Shown here in pieces: positions 1 to 10,434 of a DNA stretch of 64,000 bases (position 1 is its first letter; every line of letters starts with the position of its first letter). Source of the stretch: an uncultured Planctomycetia bacterium (GTDB lineage Bacteria > Omnitrophota > Gorgyraeia > 2-02-FULL-51-18); NCBI GenBank assembly GCA_964642015.1, contig CAZXLF010000005.1, forward strand, positions 139,847 to 203,846. The letters run 5' to 3'. A program made the translations under genes and the position numbers. The notes below the pieces were generated by a model that saw only the letters and a program-made list of their open reading frames with translations, was not told the origin of the DNA and did not search any database.

Positions 1-35
1 TCGCGGCCGCCGCTTCCTATGACTAAGACTTTCAT
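1..35 (-). CDS. purD: Phosphoribosylamine-glycine ligase, 5' end only (runs off window)
   Basis: Reverse complement of 1-35 reads MKVLVIGSGGR, the canonical PurD N-terminus; ATG overlaps the purM stop (ATGA). Confidence 0.9.
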   Translation of the reverse strand, partial: MKVLVIGSGGR

Positions 36-1048
36 TGAATTGAAACTCCTTCCCCTTTCACAATTTCACCCACGATCCAAGCACGCTCTTTGAATTCCGA
101 AAGATGGGATATGACTTTGCGCGCCCGGTCCGGCGATGTCACAAGGATCATGCCAATGCCCATGTTAAAAGTTCTGTACATTTCTTTCGCCTGGACACTT
201 CCTTTTTCCTGGATCCATTGAAAGATCCTTGGAATAGTCCAAGAGCCGGCATGGATCTTGGCTCCGCAGCCTTTTGGAAGCACACGCGGAATGTTGTCAA
301 AAAAACCTCCACCTGTAATATGCGCTAAGGAATAAACCGGCTCTTTTTCGATAAGCGACAATATGGGTTTTACATAAATCTTCGTCGGTTTAAGGATCTC
401 TTCCTGATGAGCATGAATGAAATCATTGCTCAACACTTTTCTCACAAAAGCGAAACCATTAGAATGCACACCGCTCGAAGCAATGCCTATAATGACATGA
501 CCTGCTTTCGCTTTGCGACCATCAATGATTTTTTCGCGGTCCACTACGCCGACGCAAAAACCCGCGAGATCAAAATCTCCACGCGCGTACAGACCCGGCA
601 TTTCTGCGGTCTCACCGCCGATCAGCGCACAGCCGGCTTGTTTACATCCAACAGCTATCCCTTTGATGATCGCCTTCATCATTTGTTTATCGAGTTTGCC
701 GACGGCAAAATAATCCAGAAAGAAAAGAGGTTCGGCACCAAGAGTCAGAATATCATTCACATTCATCGCAACAAGATCGATCCCAAGCCCTTCATAACGG
801 CCGACCAATTTCGCAAGCTTTAGTTTAGTGCCGACACCGTCCGTAGAACTTACTAAGACAGGATCCTTATATTTCTTATTCGGAAGCCGGCATAACGCTC
901 CAAAACCACCGATACCCGCGACCACTTCAGGACGCGCGGTCATTCTCGCAAATGGCTTGATACTTTCGACGAAACTATTGGCTTGATCTATATCAACGCC
1001 TGAACTTTTGTAAGTGATGCTTTTTCTTTTGCCGTTCATAAACTGCAT
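32..1048 (-). CDS. purM: AIR synthetase
   Basis: YKSSGVDI, GIGGFG, STDGVGTKL, GGETAEMPG, HITGGG, TFNMGIG motifs; pur operon context. Confidence 0.98.
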   Translation of the reverse strand: MQFMNGKRKSITYKSSGVDIDQANSFVESIKPFARMTARPEVVAGIGGFGALCRLPNKKYKDPVLVSSTDGVGTKLKLAKLVGRYEGLGIDLVAMNVNDILTLGAEPLFFLDYFAVGKLDKQMMKAIIKGIAVGCKQAGCALIGGETAEMPGLYARGDFDLAGFCVGVVDREKIIDGRKAKAGHVIIGIASSGVHSNGFAFVRKVLSNDFIHAHQEEILKPTKIYVKPILSLIEKEPVYSLAHITGGGFFDNIPRVLPKGCGAKIHAGSWTIPRIFQWIQEKGSVQAKEMYRTFNMGIGMILVTSPDRARKVISHLSEFKERAWIVGEIVKGEGVSIQ

Positions 1049-2436
1049 TTTTCCGCATGAAATTTATCAATGCCCTCGAATGCGACCGGATATTTTCCAC
1101 TCCAGCAAGCCGTACAATAATTTTGTTTGGGAAAGCTGACGCATTTCAACATCCCTTCAAGAGACAAATAACCGACCGAATCGCAATCAAAATATTTTTT
1201 TATCTCTTCCATGCTGTATTTATTGGCGATCAATTCTTCCTTTGTCGGAAAATCGATACCGTAAGCGCATGGGAACTTGTGAGGAGGGCAGCTGATCCTC
1301 AAATGCACTTCCTTCGCACCTGCTTGACGAAGACTTTTGACGCGTATTTTGGATGTCGTACCGCGCACGATCGAATCATCGACTACGACCAAACGCTTGC
1401 CTTTCAATACTTCCTTTACAAAATTGAACTTCACACGCACTTTAAAATCACGGATACCTTGGCTCGGCTGAATGAACGTACGGCCGACATAATGGTTTCG
1501 AATGATACCATATTCCAAAGGAATTCCTGAGGCTCTGGAATAACCGAGCGCTGCGGAATTACCCGAATCAGGCACCGGGACCACCAGATCCGCTTCGACC
1601 GGATGTTCTTTGGCGAGCTGTTCTCCTAGACGCTGACGCACCAAATGCACGCTTTCTCCGAAAACTTTTGAATCCGGCCTTGAAAAATACACATGCTCAA
1701 AAATGCAATGGGACAGATGTGTGTCTTTTGAGGGAATCTTAACGGATTTCAAACCTTGAGCAGAAATGATCACGACTTCGGCGGGTTCAACTTCCCGGAC
1801 AGTCTCAGCATCCATCATGTCGAACGCGCAGGTCTCAGAAGCAATAAGATACGCGCCATCTTTTTTGCCAAGCCAAAGCGGCCGGAAACCTTGAGGATCT
1901 CTGGCAGCTATCAAAAATTGGTTCGTCAAAAGCACCACCGAATAAGCTCCTTGAACACGGGCCAAAGCATCTACCACTCCGTCTTCGACGTTCCGGTTCG
2001 AAGGTTTCGCCATCAAATGGATGATGATCTCACTATCAGTGGTTGTTTGGAAAATAGAGCCATAAGCTTCGAGCTCCGCGCGCAAAATGTCCGCATTGAC
2101 CAGATTTCCATTATGGCCTATCGCGATCTCGCCGCGGGAATAATCAACAAGGATAGGCTGCGCGTTCTTGATATTGCTTGAGCCGGTCGTCGAATAACGC
2201 ACATGCCCGATCGCACGGTCGCCTTTCAAATTCTCAAGTTGGTTCCCGTTAAAAATATCCTGCACATGCCCCATGCCGCGATAAGCGAACATTTTTTTAC
2301 CGTCGGAAGTGACAATACCCGCGGATTCTTCTCCGCGGTGCTGAAGCGCATAAACACCAAGATATGTCAGATAAGCGGCTTCTTTATGACCAAAGACCCC
2401 GAATACCCCACATTTATCTTTCAATTCACTGGACAT
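1036..2436 (-). CDS. purF: Amidophosphoribosyltransferase
   Basis: Propeptide then CGVFG, QHRGEE, HVRYST, VDDSIVRGTT PRPP motif, Fe-S cysteines (CTAC). Confidence 0.98.
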   Translation of the reverse strand: MSSELKDKCGVFGVFGHKEAAYLTYLGVYALQHRGEESAGIVTSDGKKMFAYRGMGHVQDIFNGNQLENLKGDRAIGHVRYSTTGSSNIKNAQPILVDYSRGEIAIGHNGNLVNADILRAELEAYGSIFQTTTDSEIIIHLMAKPSNRNVEDGVVDALARVQGAYSVVLLTNQFLIAARDPQGFRPLWLGKKDGAYLIASETCAFDMMDAETVREVEPAEVVIISAQGLKSVKIPSKDTHLSHCIFEHVYFSRPDSKVFGESVHLVRQRLGEQLAKEHPVEADLVVPVPDSGNSAALGYSRASGIPLEYGIIRNHYVGRTFIQPSQGIRDFKVRVKFNFVKEVLKGKRLVVVDDSIVRGTTSKIRVKSLRQAGAKEVHLRISCPPHKFPCAYGIDFPTKEELIANKYSMEEIKKYFDCDSVGYLSLEGMLKCVSFPKQNYCTACWSGKYPVAFEGIDKFHAEKCSL

Positions 2437-2710
2437 GAACAGCCCTCAATTTTTCCGCCCAAAATCGCGCGTGCTTCGCGATGCCTTTCCTGCCGGCCGG
2501 ATCGCTCAGGATCACGGAGAGTTTGGATTGCCAGACCCCAAGTTCTTGTTCCAACTGGCTAAGCGTTACCTGCTCTGTTTTGTTGGTACTTTTTTTGGAA
2601 TTTTGTACCAGAACTTTAGTCGATGTTATCGCTTCATGAACTTTGGACACATCTGAAGCGTGATCCACTAAACTAGCGATGCTTTCCAAGTTAATTATAA
2701 TATCTTTCAC
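2426..2710 (-). CDS. Hypothetical helical protein inside pur operon
   Basis: 94-aa ORF that fills the purL-purF gap and overlaps the purF start; no recognised motif. Confidence 0.7.
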   Translation of the reverse strand: MKDIIINLESIASLVDHASDVSKVHEAITSTKVLVQNSKKSTNKTEQVTLSQLEQELGVWQSKLSVILSDPAGRKGIAKHARFWAEKLRAVHVQ

Positions 2711-2719
2711 CCAAAACTC

Positions 2720-4939
2720 CTAAATATCCATTCTTCTTTTGATCGCGTTTCTCCACGTAGCGGTCAGCACCGCGACCGGCACCTGGATCAGCGAATTGAT
2801 CTTCAGTGAACTTCCTCCGACCTTGCCGATCTTTTTGTGAGGCACACGATAAGATTCAATCATGTCATGGACTTCTTTCAAACGCTTCGGATCTACCGAG
2901 ATCACGACCCGCGATTGCGTTTCACCGAATAAATACGCTTCGCGCGATAAATTTCCAACAGCATCTTCGATGACCGCTCCAATCTCACGGCCTTTTTCGA
3001 GAATACAGGATTCGGCAAGCGTCACTGCAAGGCCGCCTTCGGAACAATCATGCGCGGACCTTAAAAGCCCGTTCTTCGAAAGCGAGATCAAAAGATCAAC
3101 AAGTCTCCGAGCTTCCTGGAGATCAAGGCGCGGAACAATCCCGGATTTTACATTGAAAATTGTTTTCAGATATTCTGAACCACCCAACTCTTCTTTCGAC
3201 TCGCCCAAAAGAATGATCATGTCGCCTTCCTTCTTAAAAAAAGAAGTGACCGGCTCATAACCTTCGATCAAACCAACCATCCCAATCGTCGGTGTTGGAT
3301 CAATAGCACCTTTCGGGTTCTGATTATAAAGAGAAACATTCCCTCCAGAAACAGGCGTCTCGAATGCTACACATGCATCACGCATGCCTTCAATGCATTT
3401 TTTCAGTTGCCAGAAAATTTCTGGATTCATCGGATTGCCGAAATTGAGACAATTCGTAATAGATAACGGTTCAGCGCCCGAGCAGGCAATATTTCTTGCT
3501 GCTTCGGCAACAGCGATCTTTGCACCTTCATAAGGATCGAGATAACAATAAGTCGAATTACAATCCACCGAGATCGCGATTGATTTTTTAGTATCTTTGA
3601 TACGTATCACCGATGCGTCTGAACCAGGCAGAACGGTTGTATTCGTCCTCACCATATGATCATATTGATGATAGATCCACTCTTTGCTTGCAACCGTCGG
3701 TGAATCGAGGATTTTAAGAAGTGCCGCATTAAGATCTCCGGGGCTTCCAACGGATTTTGGATCAAAAGCACGCACGGCCTTGAGATAAGCCGGCTCTTTT
3801 TCCTCACGCACATAGATCGGCGCTTCGTCGGCAAGAGATTTGGCCGGGATTTCAGCGACGGTCACGCCATTTTCTCTGACTCGCATCAATGAATCGTCCG
3901 TCACAAAACCAATCTCTTCGGCGTGAAGGTCCCATTTGTCAAAAATTTTCTTAGCGGTTGATTCGTGGCCTTTTTTAATGATCACAAGCATCCGTTCCTG
4001 TGACTCCGATAACAAAATCTCATAAGGCACCATACCCGTTTCGCGCTGGGGGACTTTTGTTACATCGATCTCGATACCGGTATTTCCCCGTGCAGCGGTT
4101 TCACAAGTAGAACAAGTCAATCCTGCCGCTCCCATGTCCTGAATGCCAACAACGCAGCCGCTTTTCAGAAGCTCAAGCACCGCTTCCAGCAAAAGTTTTT
4201 CCATGAACGGATCGCCGACTTGTACAGCTGGCCTGTCTTTTTCCGATTCTTCAGTAAGATCCTTGGAAGCAAAACTCGCGCCGCCCATTCCGTCACGGCC
4301 CGTTGCCGAACCCAGATAAAAAACGGGATTCCCTACCCCCTCGGCTTTGGCTTTGACAATCTCTTCGCGTTTGGCTAAACCCAACGCGAACGCGTTGACC
4401 AACGGGTTTCCTTCATAAGACTCATCGAAATAGACTTCGCCGCCGATGGTCGGCACACCGATACAATTTCCGTAAAATCCAATACCCGCGACAACGCCAG
4501 ATAAAAGTCTTTTGGAAACCGGCTCGTCGAGTTTGCCGAAACGCAGTGAATTCATCGAAACGATGGGTCGCGCGCCCATCGTGAAAATATCCCTTAAGAT
4601 CCCGCCCACACCGGTCGCTGCGCCTTGGAAGGGTTCGATCGCAGAGGGGTGGTTATGAGATTCTATTTTAAAAGCGATTACAAGTCCGTCGCCGATATCC
4701 ACGACACCGGCATTTTCCTCACCGGCTTTGACAAGCATGCGTTTGCCGTCTTTCGGAAGAAGTTTCAGTACATTTTTTGAGTTTTTATAGGAACAATGCT
4801 CGCTCCACATCACGCTGAATACTCCAAGTTCCGTAATGTTAGGCGCGCGGCCCAATATCTTCTTGATCCGCTCGTATTCATCAAGCGTCAGATTATGTTT
4901 CTGAATAATATCAGGCGTGATTTCCTGCATTGTGATCAT
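2720..4939 (-). CDS. purL: FGAM synthase subunit PurL (small type)
   Basis: [38 protein letters not shown] motifs. Confidence 0.98.
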   Translation of the reverse strand: MITMQEITPDIIQKHNLTLDEYERIKKILGRAPNITELGVFSVMWSEHCSYKNSKNVLKLLPKDGKRMLVKAGEENAGVVDIGDGLVIAFKIESHNHPSAIEPFQGAATGVGGILRDIFTMGARPIVSMNSLRFGKLDEPVSKRLLSGVVAGIGFYGNCIGVPTIGGEVYFDESYEGNPLVNAFALGLAKREEIVKAKAEGVGNPVFYLGSATGRDGMGGASFASKDLTEESEKDRPAVQVGDPFMEKLLLEAVLELLKSGCVVGIQDMGAAGLTCSTCETAARGNTGIEIDVTKVPQRETGMVPYEILLSESQERMLVIIKKGHESTAKKIFDKWDLHAEEIGFVTDDSLMRVRENGVTVAEIPAKSLADEAPIYVREEKEPAYLKAVRAFDPKSVGSPGDLNAALLKILDSPTVASKEWIYHQYDHMVRTNTTVLPGSDASVIRIKDTKKSIAISVDCNSTYCYLDPYEGAKIAVAEAARNIACSGAEPLSITNCLNFGNPMNPEIFWQLKKCIEGMRDACVAFETPVSGGNVSLYNQNPKGAIDPTPTIGMVGLIEGYEPVTSFFKKEGDMIILLGESKEELGGSEYLKTIFNVKSGIVPRLDLQEARRLVDLLISLSKNGLLRSAHDCSEGGLAVTLAESCILEKGREIGAVIEDAVGNLSREAYLFGETQSRVVISVDPKRLKEVHDMIESYRVPHKKIGKVGGSSLKINSLIQVPVAVLTATWRNAIKRRMDI

Positions 4940-5626
4940 TTAATTCATGTCCAATATCGATTTAAAAATTTTGATGCCATCCGTACTGCCTAATTCTTTC
5001 TCCGATGCCCTTTCCGGATGAGGCATCAGCCCAAAAACATTTTTATTCTTGTTACAAATGCCAGCGATATTCTCGAGTGATCCATTTGGATTGGCATCTT
5101 TCGAAATATTTCCTTCAGCGTCTGAATAACGGACTAAAACTTGATTATTTTTATTGAGCTCGGACAGTGTCGCGTTATCCGTAAAATAATTTCCTTCGCC
5201 GTGAGCGATCGGAACTTTGATCACTTCACCTTTTTTTAATTTGCGTGTGAAAGGCGTTTCTGAATTTTCAACGCGAAGTTCAACAAAACGGCATACAAAT
5301 TGCAGGGATTCGTTACGGAGCATCGCGCCCGGAAGAAGGCCGGATTCAAGAAGAATCTGAAAACCGTTGCAGATGCCGATCACAAGCTTGCCTTTTTCGG
5401 CATGCTTGACTACATTTTCCATGACCGGAGAAAAACGCGCGATGGCACCCGTCCTCAGATAATCGCCATAGCTGAAACCGCCAGGGAGGACAATACAGTC
5501 GAATTTTGAAATATCCCGTTCCTTGTGCCAGATAAATTCAGTCTCTTTCTGAAGCACGTGTTTTAAAACGTGATAGCAGTCATAATCGCAATTTGAACCT
5601 GGAAAGACCACAACGCCGAATTTCAT
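4940..5626 (-). CDS. purQ: FGAM synthase glutaminase subunit
   Basis: [28 protein letters not shown]; start placed at MKFGVV (ATG 5626). Confidence 0.97.
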   Translation of the reverse strand: MKFGVVVFPGSNCDYDCYHVLKHVLQKETEFIWHKERDISKFDCIVLPGGFSYGDYLRTGAIARFSPVMENVVKHAEKGKLVIGICNGFQILLESGLLPGAMLRNESLQFVCRFVELRVENSETPFTRKLKKGEVIKVPIAHGEGNYFTDNATLSELNKNNQVLVRYSDAEGNISKDANPNGSLENIAGICNKNKNVFGLMPHPERASEKELGSTDGIKIFKSILDMN

Positions 5627-5656
5627 TTTTTCACCCGCGCTTCCGCGCAAAAATCT

Positions 5657-5896
5657 TTAATTCAGCTCGTACTTATATTCTTCAATGACGGTATTTGCCA
5701 AAAGTTTTTCGCAAATCGTCTTGATCTTCTTCTCAGCCTGAAGTTTGTCGACCGCGCCCAAATCGAGCTCTATGTATTTTCCCATGCGGACGTCTTTGAC
5801 TTCATCAAATCCCATCGTCGTCAGCGCATGTTGGATCGCTTTTCCTTGAGGATCAAGTACTGATCTTTTCAATGTGACATAAACTTTTGCTTTCAT
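5657..5896 (-). CDS. purS: FGAM synthase subunit PurS
   Basis: VLDPQG and LLANTVIEEY motifs. Confidence 0.97.
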   Translation of the reverse strand: MKAKVYVTLKRSVLDPQGKAIQHALTTMGFDEVKDVRMGKYIELDLGAVDKLQAEKKIKTICEKLLANTVIEEYKYELN

Positions 5897-7197
5897 TTTT
5901 TTCTCCCCAACACTCTCTTGAATATCGTATTCACATGTTTCAGATGATAATCCAGCGTGAAAAGTTCCTCGACCTCCGCATCTGAAAAATAATCGTTAAC
6001 GTCCTTATCTTCCATGATCAGATCTTTCAAATTGAGGTTTTTGTCATTCCAGACGCGCATCGCGTTGCGCTGGACAATCTTGTAGGCGGTTTCGCGCGGT
6101 AGTCCTTTATCGATCAGCGCCAAAAGCACGCGCTGCGAAAAAATAAGCCCGCGCGTCTTCCAGATATTTTCCATCATGTTCTTCGGATAAACTTGAAGAC
6201 CTTTCAATACGCTGATCATCTCACGGATCATGAAATGGCAAAGAATGAATGAATCCGGCAGTATCACGCGTTCCACTGACGAATGCGTAATGTCGCGCTC
6301 GTGCCACAAAGCAATGTTTTCCAGAGCAGCGAGCGCATTGCCACGGAGGACACGCGCAAGCCCGGCGATCCTCTCACAATTCACCGGATTTCTTTTGTGC
6401 GGCATCGCACTCGAACCGGTCTGTCCTTCGGAAAATGGCTCTTCGAGCTCCAGCGTTTCGGTTTTCTGAAGATGGCGTATCTCAGTCGCGAGTTTTTCTA
6501 GGGAACCGCCCAAGATCGAAAGTGCCATCAAAACTTCAGCGTGACGATCGCGCTGAAGGATCTGCGTCGAGACCGGCGCAACATTCAATTTTAAAATTTT
6601 AAGCGTTTTTTCTTCGACACGAGGATCGATATTCGCATATGTGCCAACAGCGCCTGAAATTTTTCCTACGGAAATCCCTTTTCTCGCCGCTTCTAAGCGA
6701 ACCAAATTGCGCTTAAATTCCTCATAAAAAAGCAGCATCTTTAGGCCGAGTGTCACCGGCTCTGCGTGCACACCATGAGAGCGGCCCATCATCGGCGTAT
6801 CCTGATATTCCAGCGCATGCGCTTCCAGGATCATGCTAAGTTCTTTGACATTGGCGATCAAAAGGTCGATCGCTTCAAGGATTTGAAGACTTAAAGCCGT
6901 GTCCAGTACGTCACTTGAGGTCAAACCTTTATGGATAAATCGTGCGTCCGATCCCACCGTTTGACCAACGCTTTTCAAAAACGCCGTGACATCGTGCTTT
7001 GTAACTCTTTCAAATTGATCGATTTGTGGAACACTGAACGAGGCTTTTTTACGGATATTCTTGGCGGATTTTTTCGGAATCAGATTAAGAGCCGCCATAG
7101 CCTCGCAGGCGGCAATTTCAACTTCAAGCATCACTCTGAACCGATTTTCCTCAGTCCAGATCTTCCCCATTTCTGGGAGTGTATAACGGCTGATCAT
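5893..7197 (-). CDS. purB: Adenylosuccinate lyase
   Basis: MISRY start, HKGLTSSD, GRSHGVHAEP, GSSAMPHKRNP signature. Confidence 0.98.
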   Translation of the reverse strand: MISRYTLPEMGKIWTEENRFRVMLEVEIAACEAMAALNLIPKKSAKNIRKKASFSVPQIDQFERVTKHDVTAFLKSVGQTVGSDARFIHKGLTSSDVLDTALSLQILEAIDLLIANVKELSMILEAHALEYQDTPMMGRSHGVHAEPVTLGLKMLLFYEEFKRNLVRLEAARKGISVGKISGAVGTYANIDPRVEEKTLKILKLNVAPVSTQILQRDRHAEVLMALSILGGSLEKLATEIRHLQKTETLELEEPFSEGQTGSSAMPHKRNPVNCERIAGLARVLRGNALAALENIALWHERDITHSSVERVILPDSFILCHFMIREMISVLKGLQVYPKNMMENIWKTRGLIFSQRVLLALIDKGLPRETAYKIVQRNAMRVWNDKNLNLKDLIMEDKDVNDYFSDAEVEELFTLDYHLKHVNTIFKRVLGRKK

Positions 7198-7221
7198 TCT
7201 ATTCCTTTAAAAAGAGGGGTT

Positions 7222-7230
7222 ATTATAGCA
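7222..7230 (-). promoter_or_regulatory. Extended -10 promoter of pur operon (TGCTATAAT)
   Basis: TGn-TATAAT about 25 nt upstream of purB ATG, followed by SD AAAGGA. Confidence 0.6.
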
Positions 7231-7252
7231 AAATTCTTAAATAAAGGTAATA

Positions 7253-8170
7253 TTATATATTAGAGTGGACGGCGGCTTCGAGAGTGGCGAGAGTCGTTTT
7301 CCAGCGCTTATGGTTCCACACCCATAAGTGCGGATATTGGCGTATATATTTTTCCTGAACGGATACCCACTTTTGGGTATTTGCTTTAAGATCTTCTTCC
7401 TTATTTTCGGTCGAAACCATCTCGATCGCCGGCTCTACGATCATATGATGACGCATGCCTTCGCGGATTATAAAGACCGGAACAATGACAGCACCTGTTA
7501 CCATCGCAAAACGCACCGGTGCGATGGGTGTAAATGCCGGATGGTTGAAAAAATTCACAAAGATCCCGTCCACCGATTTCACATCCTGATCGACGACAAA
7601 TCCGAGCATCCGGTTTGCTCTAAGAGTTCCGAGCATTTTACGAACTGATTCATCGCGATAGATCGTCTCAACTTTCATTTTATTCCTGATCTCGACGAGC
7701 AAACGGTCATATTTTTCAAAATAGATCTTTCGGGCAATCACCGTGCATGGATAACCTTTAAGCGCTGTATATCCTCCCATGATCTCCCAATTGCCAAAAT
7801 GTGCGATCGTCACCACGATCCCTTTGCCGGCCTTCAGTCCTTTGTCAAAATTTTCATAGCCTGTTGCATAAACAAAATCATCAAACCGCGGAATGATCTT
7901 GTCGATCATCGCCAATTCAAAAAGTGTGCGGCCGTAATGTTCAAAAACTGCTTCGCCTATCTTTAAAATCTCCTGTTCCGATTTCTCGCTGCCGAAAGCA
8001 AAACGAAGGTGTGAAAGCGTTTTTTCTTTTTCTTTTTTAAGACTGTAAAATGCCATTTTTCCTAAATTTCCGGCAATCGAAAAACCGAGCTTGTAAGGCA
8101 AAAGATAAAAAATTCCCTTCACAGCCATCAGCAGCACATAAAGCACGTGGCGATAAGGTTTATTTTTCAT
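7253..8170 (-). CDS. Lipid A late acyltransferase (LpxL/HtrB family)
   Basis: AHFGNWE, VDQD, VNFF, WVWNHKRWK motifs; ATG at 8170 overlaps the aguA stop (ATGA). Confidence 0.88.
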   Translation of the reverse strand: MKNKPYRHVLYVLLMAVKGIFYLLPYKLGFSIAGNLGKMAFYSLKKEKEKTLSHLRFAFGSEKSEQEILKIGEAVFEHYGRTLFELAMIDKIIPRFDDFVYATGYENFDKGLKAGKGIVVTIAHFGNWEIMGGYTALKGYPCTVIARKIYFEKYDRLLVEIRNKMKVETIYRDESVRKMLGTLRANRMLGFVVDQDVKSVDGIFVNFFNHPAFTPIAPVRFAMVTGAVIVPVFIIREGMRHHMIVEPAIEMVSTENKEEDLKANTQKWVSVQEKYIRQYPHLWVWNHKRWKTTLATLEAAVHSNI

Positions 8171-9204
8171 TGAGCGGGCTCTTGCTGTGTCACGCAGTGA
8201 ATCGATCCGAGACCGTAGACGAGCGTAGTGCATTCGATGCTGATCACTTTTCTTTTCGGAAAAACACTTTTGATGATCTTAAGAGCCAGTTTGTCATTTG
8301 AATGGTTGTAAATAGGCACCAGAACAACTTTGTTCGCAATATAAAAATTTGCATAGCTTGCCGGCAAACGATTGGCATCGGTGTCATTCCTGCCAATGCC
8401 AACTTTTCCCGGCATTGGCAATTCGATCAGGTGAAATTTTTTCCCATCTTGATCTGATTCAGACCTTAAAATTTGAAGATTTTCATCTAAAATCGCATGA
8501 TTTTTATCCGCAGGATCTTTTTCTGTCGCTGTGAGAATGGTCCTTGGACCGACAAAACGCGTGATGTCGTCGACGTGTCCATCGGTGTCATCTCCCTCGA
8601 TGCCCTCTTTAAGCCAAATGACTTTGAGAACTCCGAGATAATCTTTGAGATATTTTTCTATTTCTTTTTTCGATAATCGAGAATTGCGATTTGGATTCAA
8701 CAGGCACTGCTCGGTGGTCAGACAAGTACCGCGCCCGTTCATGTCGATAGAACCGCCTTCCAAAATAATGCCAGGATCGAAACGCTCGACATTTTTAAGC
8801 GCCGTGAGTTTATCGACGACACGATTGTCGCGCGCAAGATCCGAGTATTTTCCGCCCCAGGCGTTGAAAATCCATTTCGTGAACGCGATCTTTTTTTGCT
8901 TTCTAACAAAGATCGGCCCGTAATCCCGGATCCACGTATCAACGGTTTTGACTTCATGAAAAATAAGGTTCCGCGTTGAAATTTTTTTATGACTGAGTCG
9001 ACCTAAAACAGTCTGTGCCGTCTTCCGGTCATCGACCAGAAGATTTATTTGTTCATTCGGTAGAAGCGCTGAGATCATCTGAAGATAAATGGATTCGACT
9101 TCTTTGAGAAGTTTTCCGGGCCAGGTGATCTTGTTTTTAGGCCAGGTGAGCCACGTCGAGCGGTGCGATTCCCACTCGGCAGGCATCCGATAACCAGAAG
9201 GCAT
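8167..9204 (-). CDS. aguA: Agmatine deiminase
   Basis: MPAEWE, WIRDYGP, LEGGSI, DDTDGHVD, ASYANF, GSIHCVTQQ; start placed at MPSGYR. Confidence 0.93.
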   Translation of the reverse strand: MPSGYRMPAEWESHRSTWLTWPKNKITWPGKLLKEVESIYLQMISALLPNEQINLLVDDRKTAQTVLGRLSHKKISTRNLIFHEVKTVDTWIRDYGPIFVRKQKKIAFTKWIFNAWGGKYSDLARDNRVVDKLTALKNVERFDPGIILEGGSIDMNGRGTCLTTEQCLLNPNRNSRLSKKEIEKYLKDYLGVLKVIWLKEGIEGDDTDGHVDDITRFVGPRTILTATEKDPADKNHAILDENLQILRSESDQDGKKFHLIELPMPGKVGIGRNDTDANRLPASYANFYIANKVVLVPIYNHSNDKLALKIIKSVFPKRKVISIECTTLVYGLGSIHCVTQQEPAQ

Positions 9205-9205
9205 G

Positions 9206-10075
9206 TTAAATAAATCTTGAAGTGATCGTCTGATAAGCGTCGATGCGCCTGTCGCGCAGAAACGGCCACTCACAGCGCGTTTTGTCGACCAAACTCAAGT
9301 CGCAATCTTCGATGAGGATTTCCTCGTGAGCGGCGCTTGCGCGGTAACGGATCTCACCGAACGGATCGGCAACGAATGAACTGCCCCAAAATTTGAAATC
9401 GCCTTCTTTACCGACGCGATTCACCGAAGCAACATAAACGCCGTTGGCGATCGCATGTCCGCGTTGTATCGTCTCCCAAGCCGAATGATAGGATTTAGTT
9501 TCAGCCGGCTTATTCGGTTTCCAGCCGATCGCGGTCGGATAAAACAGAATGTCAGCGCCTTGAAGCGCTGTGAGCCTTGCCGCTTCAGGAAACCATTGAT
9601 CCCAGCAGATCAAAACACCGATTTTTGCGTAACGCGTTTTGAAACATTTGAATCCCAGATCTCCCGGTGCGAAATAAAATTTCTCGTTAAAACCAGGATC
9701 ATCGGGAATATGCATTTTACGGTAAGTGCCAAGCCATTTGCCGTCAGCGTCGATCACTCCGGCCGAATTATAATAGAGTCCTTTCGCAGCTCTCTCAAAA
9801 AAAGGCGCTATGATCACAATCTTTTTTGCGCGCGCAACTTCGCTCAAAACCTTTGTCACCTCACCGGGGATCGTCTGGGCCAGATCAAAATTTTTAGTGC
9901 TCTGCGTCTGGCAAAAATAAAGCGTATTGAAAAGCTCCTGAAGCGCCACAATTTTGGCGCCTTTGGAAGCAGCTACTTTGATCTGCGAAACCGCCGACCT
10001 TAGATTCTTCTGCGGATCCGCTTTACAAGGCATTTGGATCAGAGCAATGCGGGTAAAATTAGTCTTATTTTTCAT
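9206..10075 (-). CDS. aguB: N-carbamoylputrescine amidase (carbon-nitrogen hydrolase)
   Basis: LQELF, YRKMHIPDDPG..EKFYF, ICWDQWFPE; adjacent to aguA. Confidence 0.9.
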   Translation of the reverse strand: MKNKTNFTRIALIQMPCKADPQKNLRSAVSQIKVAASKGAKIVALQELFNTLYFCQTQSTKNFDLAQTIPGEVTKVLSEVARAKKIVIIAPFFERAAKGLYYNSAGVIDADGKWLGTYRKMHIPDDPGFNEKFYFAPGDLGFKCFKTRYAKIGVLICWDQWFPEAARLTALQGADILFYPTAIGWKPNKPAETKSYHSAWETIQRGHAIANGVYVASVNRVGKEGDFKFWGSSFVADPFGEIRYRASAAHEEILIEDCDLSLVDKTRCEWPFLRDRRIDAYQTITSRFI

Positions 10076-10092
10076 CGATCACTTTCTTATTT

Positions 10093-10422
10093 TTATTTTG
10101 AAAAATTTTTAAAGCTAAGAACCGTCGCCTTCGCTTTTTCTTCTTCAGCCAGGTCCTTCATACCTTTCTTCATATAAAAAATAGACAGGTTCGTATGAGC
10201 CATTGCGTAATCGGGTTTGAGCTCTGATAGTTTTGTCATCCACCGAATCGCATCATCGATCCGCTCGAGCTTATAATAGACCCTTCCCAAAGCTTCATAC
10301 GCATCTGCATATGACGGGTGAGCCTGTACCAGCTTCAACAACTCTGCTTCGGCTTCGGTAAACTTACCCGCGCCAAAAAGATCCAAAGCTTTTTCATAAA
10401 GCTCTTTTGCTGTATCTTCCAT
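10093..10422 (-). CDS. Small TPR protein
   Basis: TPR-like helices (AYEALGRVYYKL, AHTNLSIFY). Confidence 0.8.
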   Translation of the reverse strand: MEDTAKELYEKALDLFGAGKFTEAEAELLKLVQAHPSYADAYEALGRVYYKLERIDDAIRWMTKLSELKPDYAMAHTNLSIFYMKKGMKDLAEEEKAKATVLSFKNFSK

Positions 10423-10434
10423 TTTTGGATTATA

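Noticed and set aside
7198-7252. Purine/ZTP/PRPP riboswitch before the pur operon
   Set aside because: The promoter is about 25 nt from the start codon, leaving no room or structure for one.
8170-9273. Long apparent gene overlaps from the ORF track (also at purQ, ECF sigma, htpX, rsmI, CTase)
   Set aside because: They result from longest-ORF start choice; downstream starts fit SD sites, stop/start overlaps and family N-termini.
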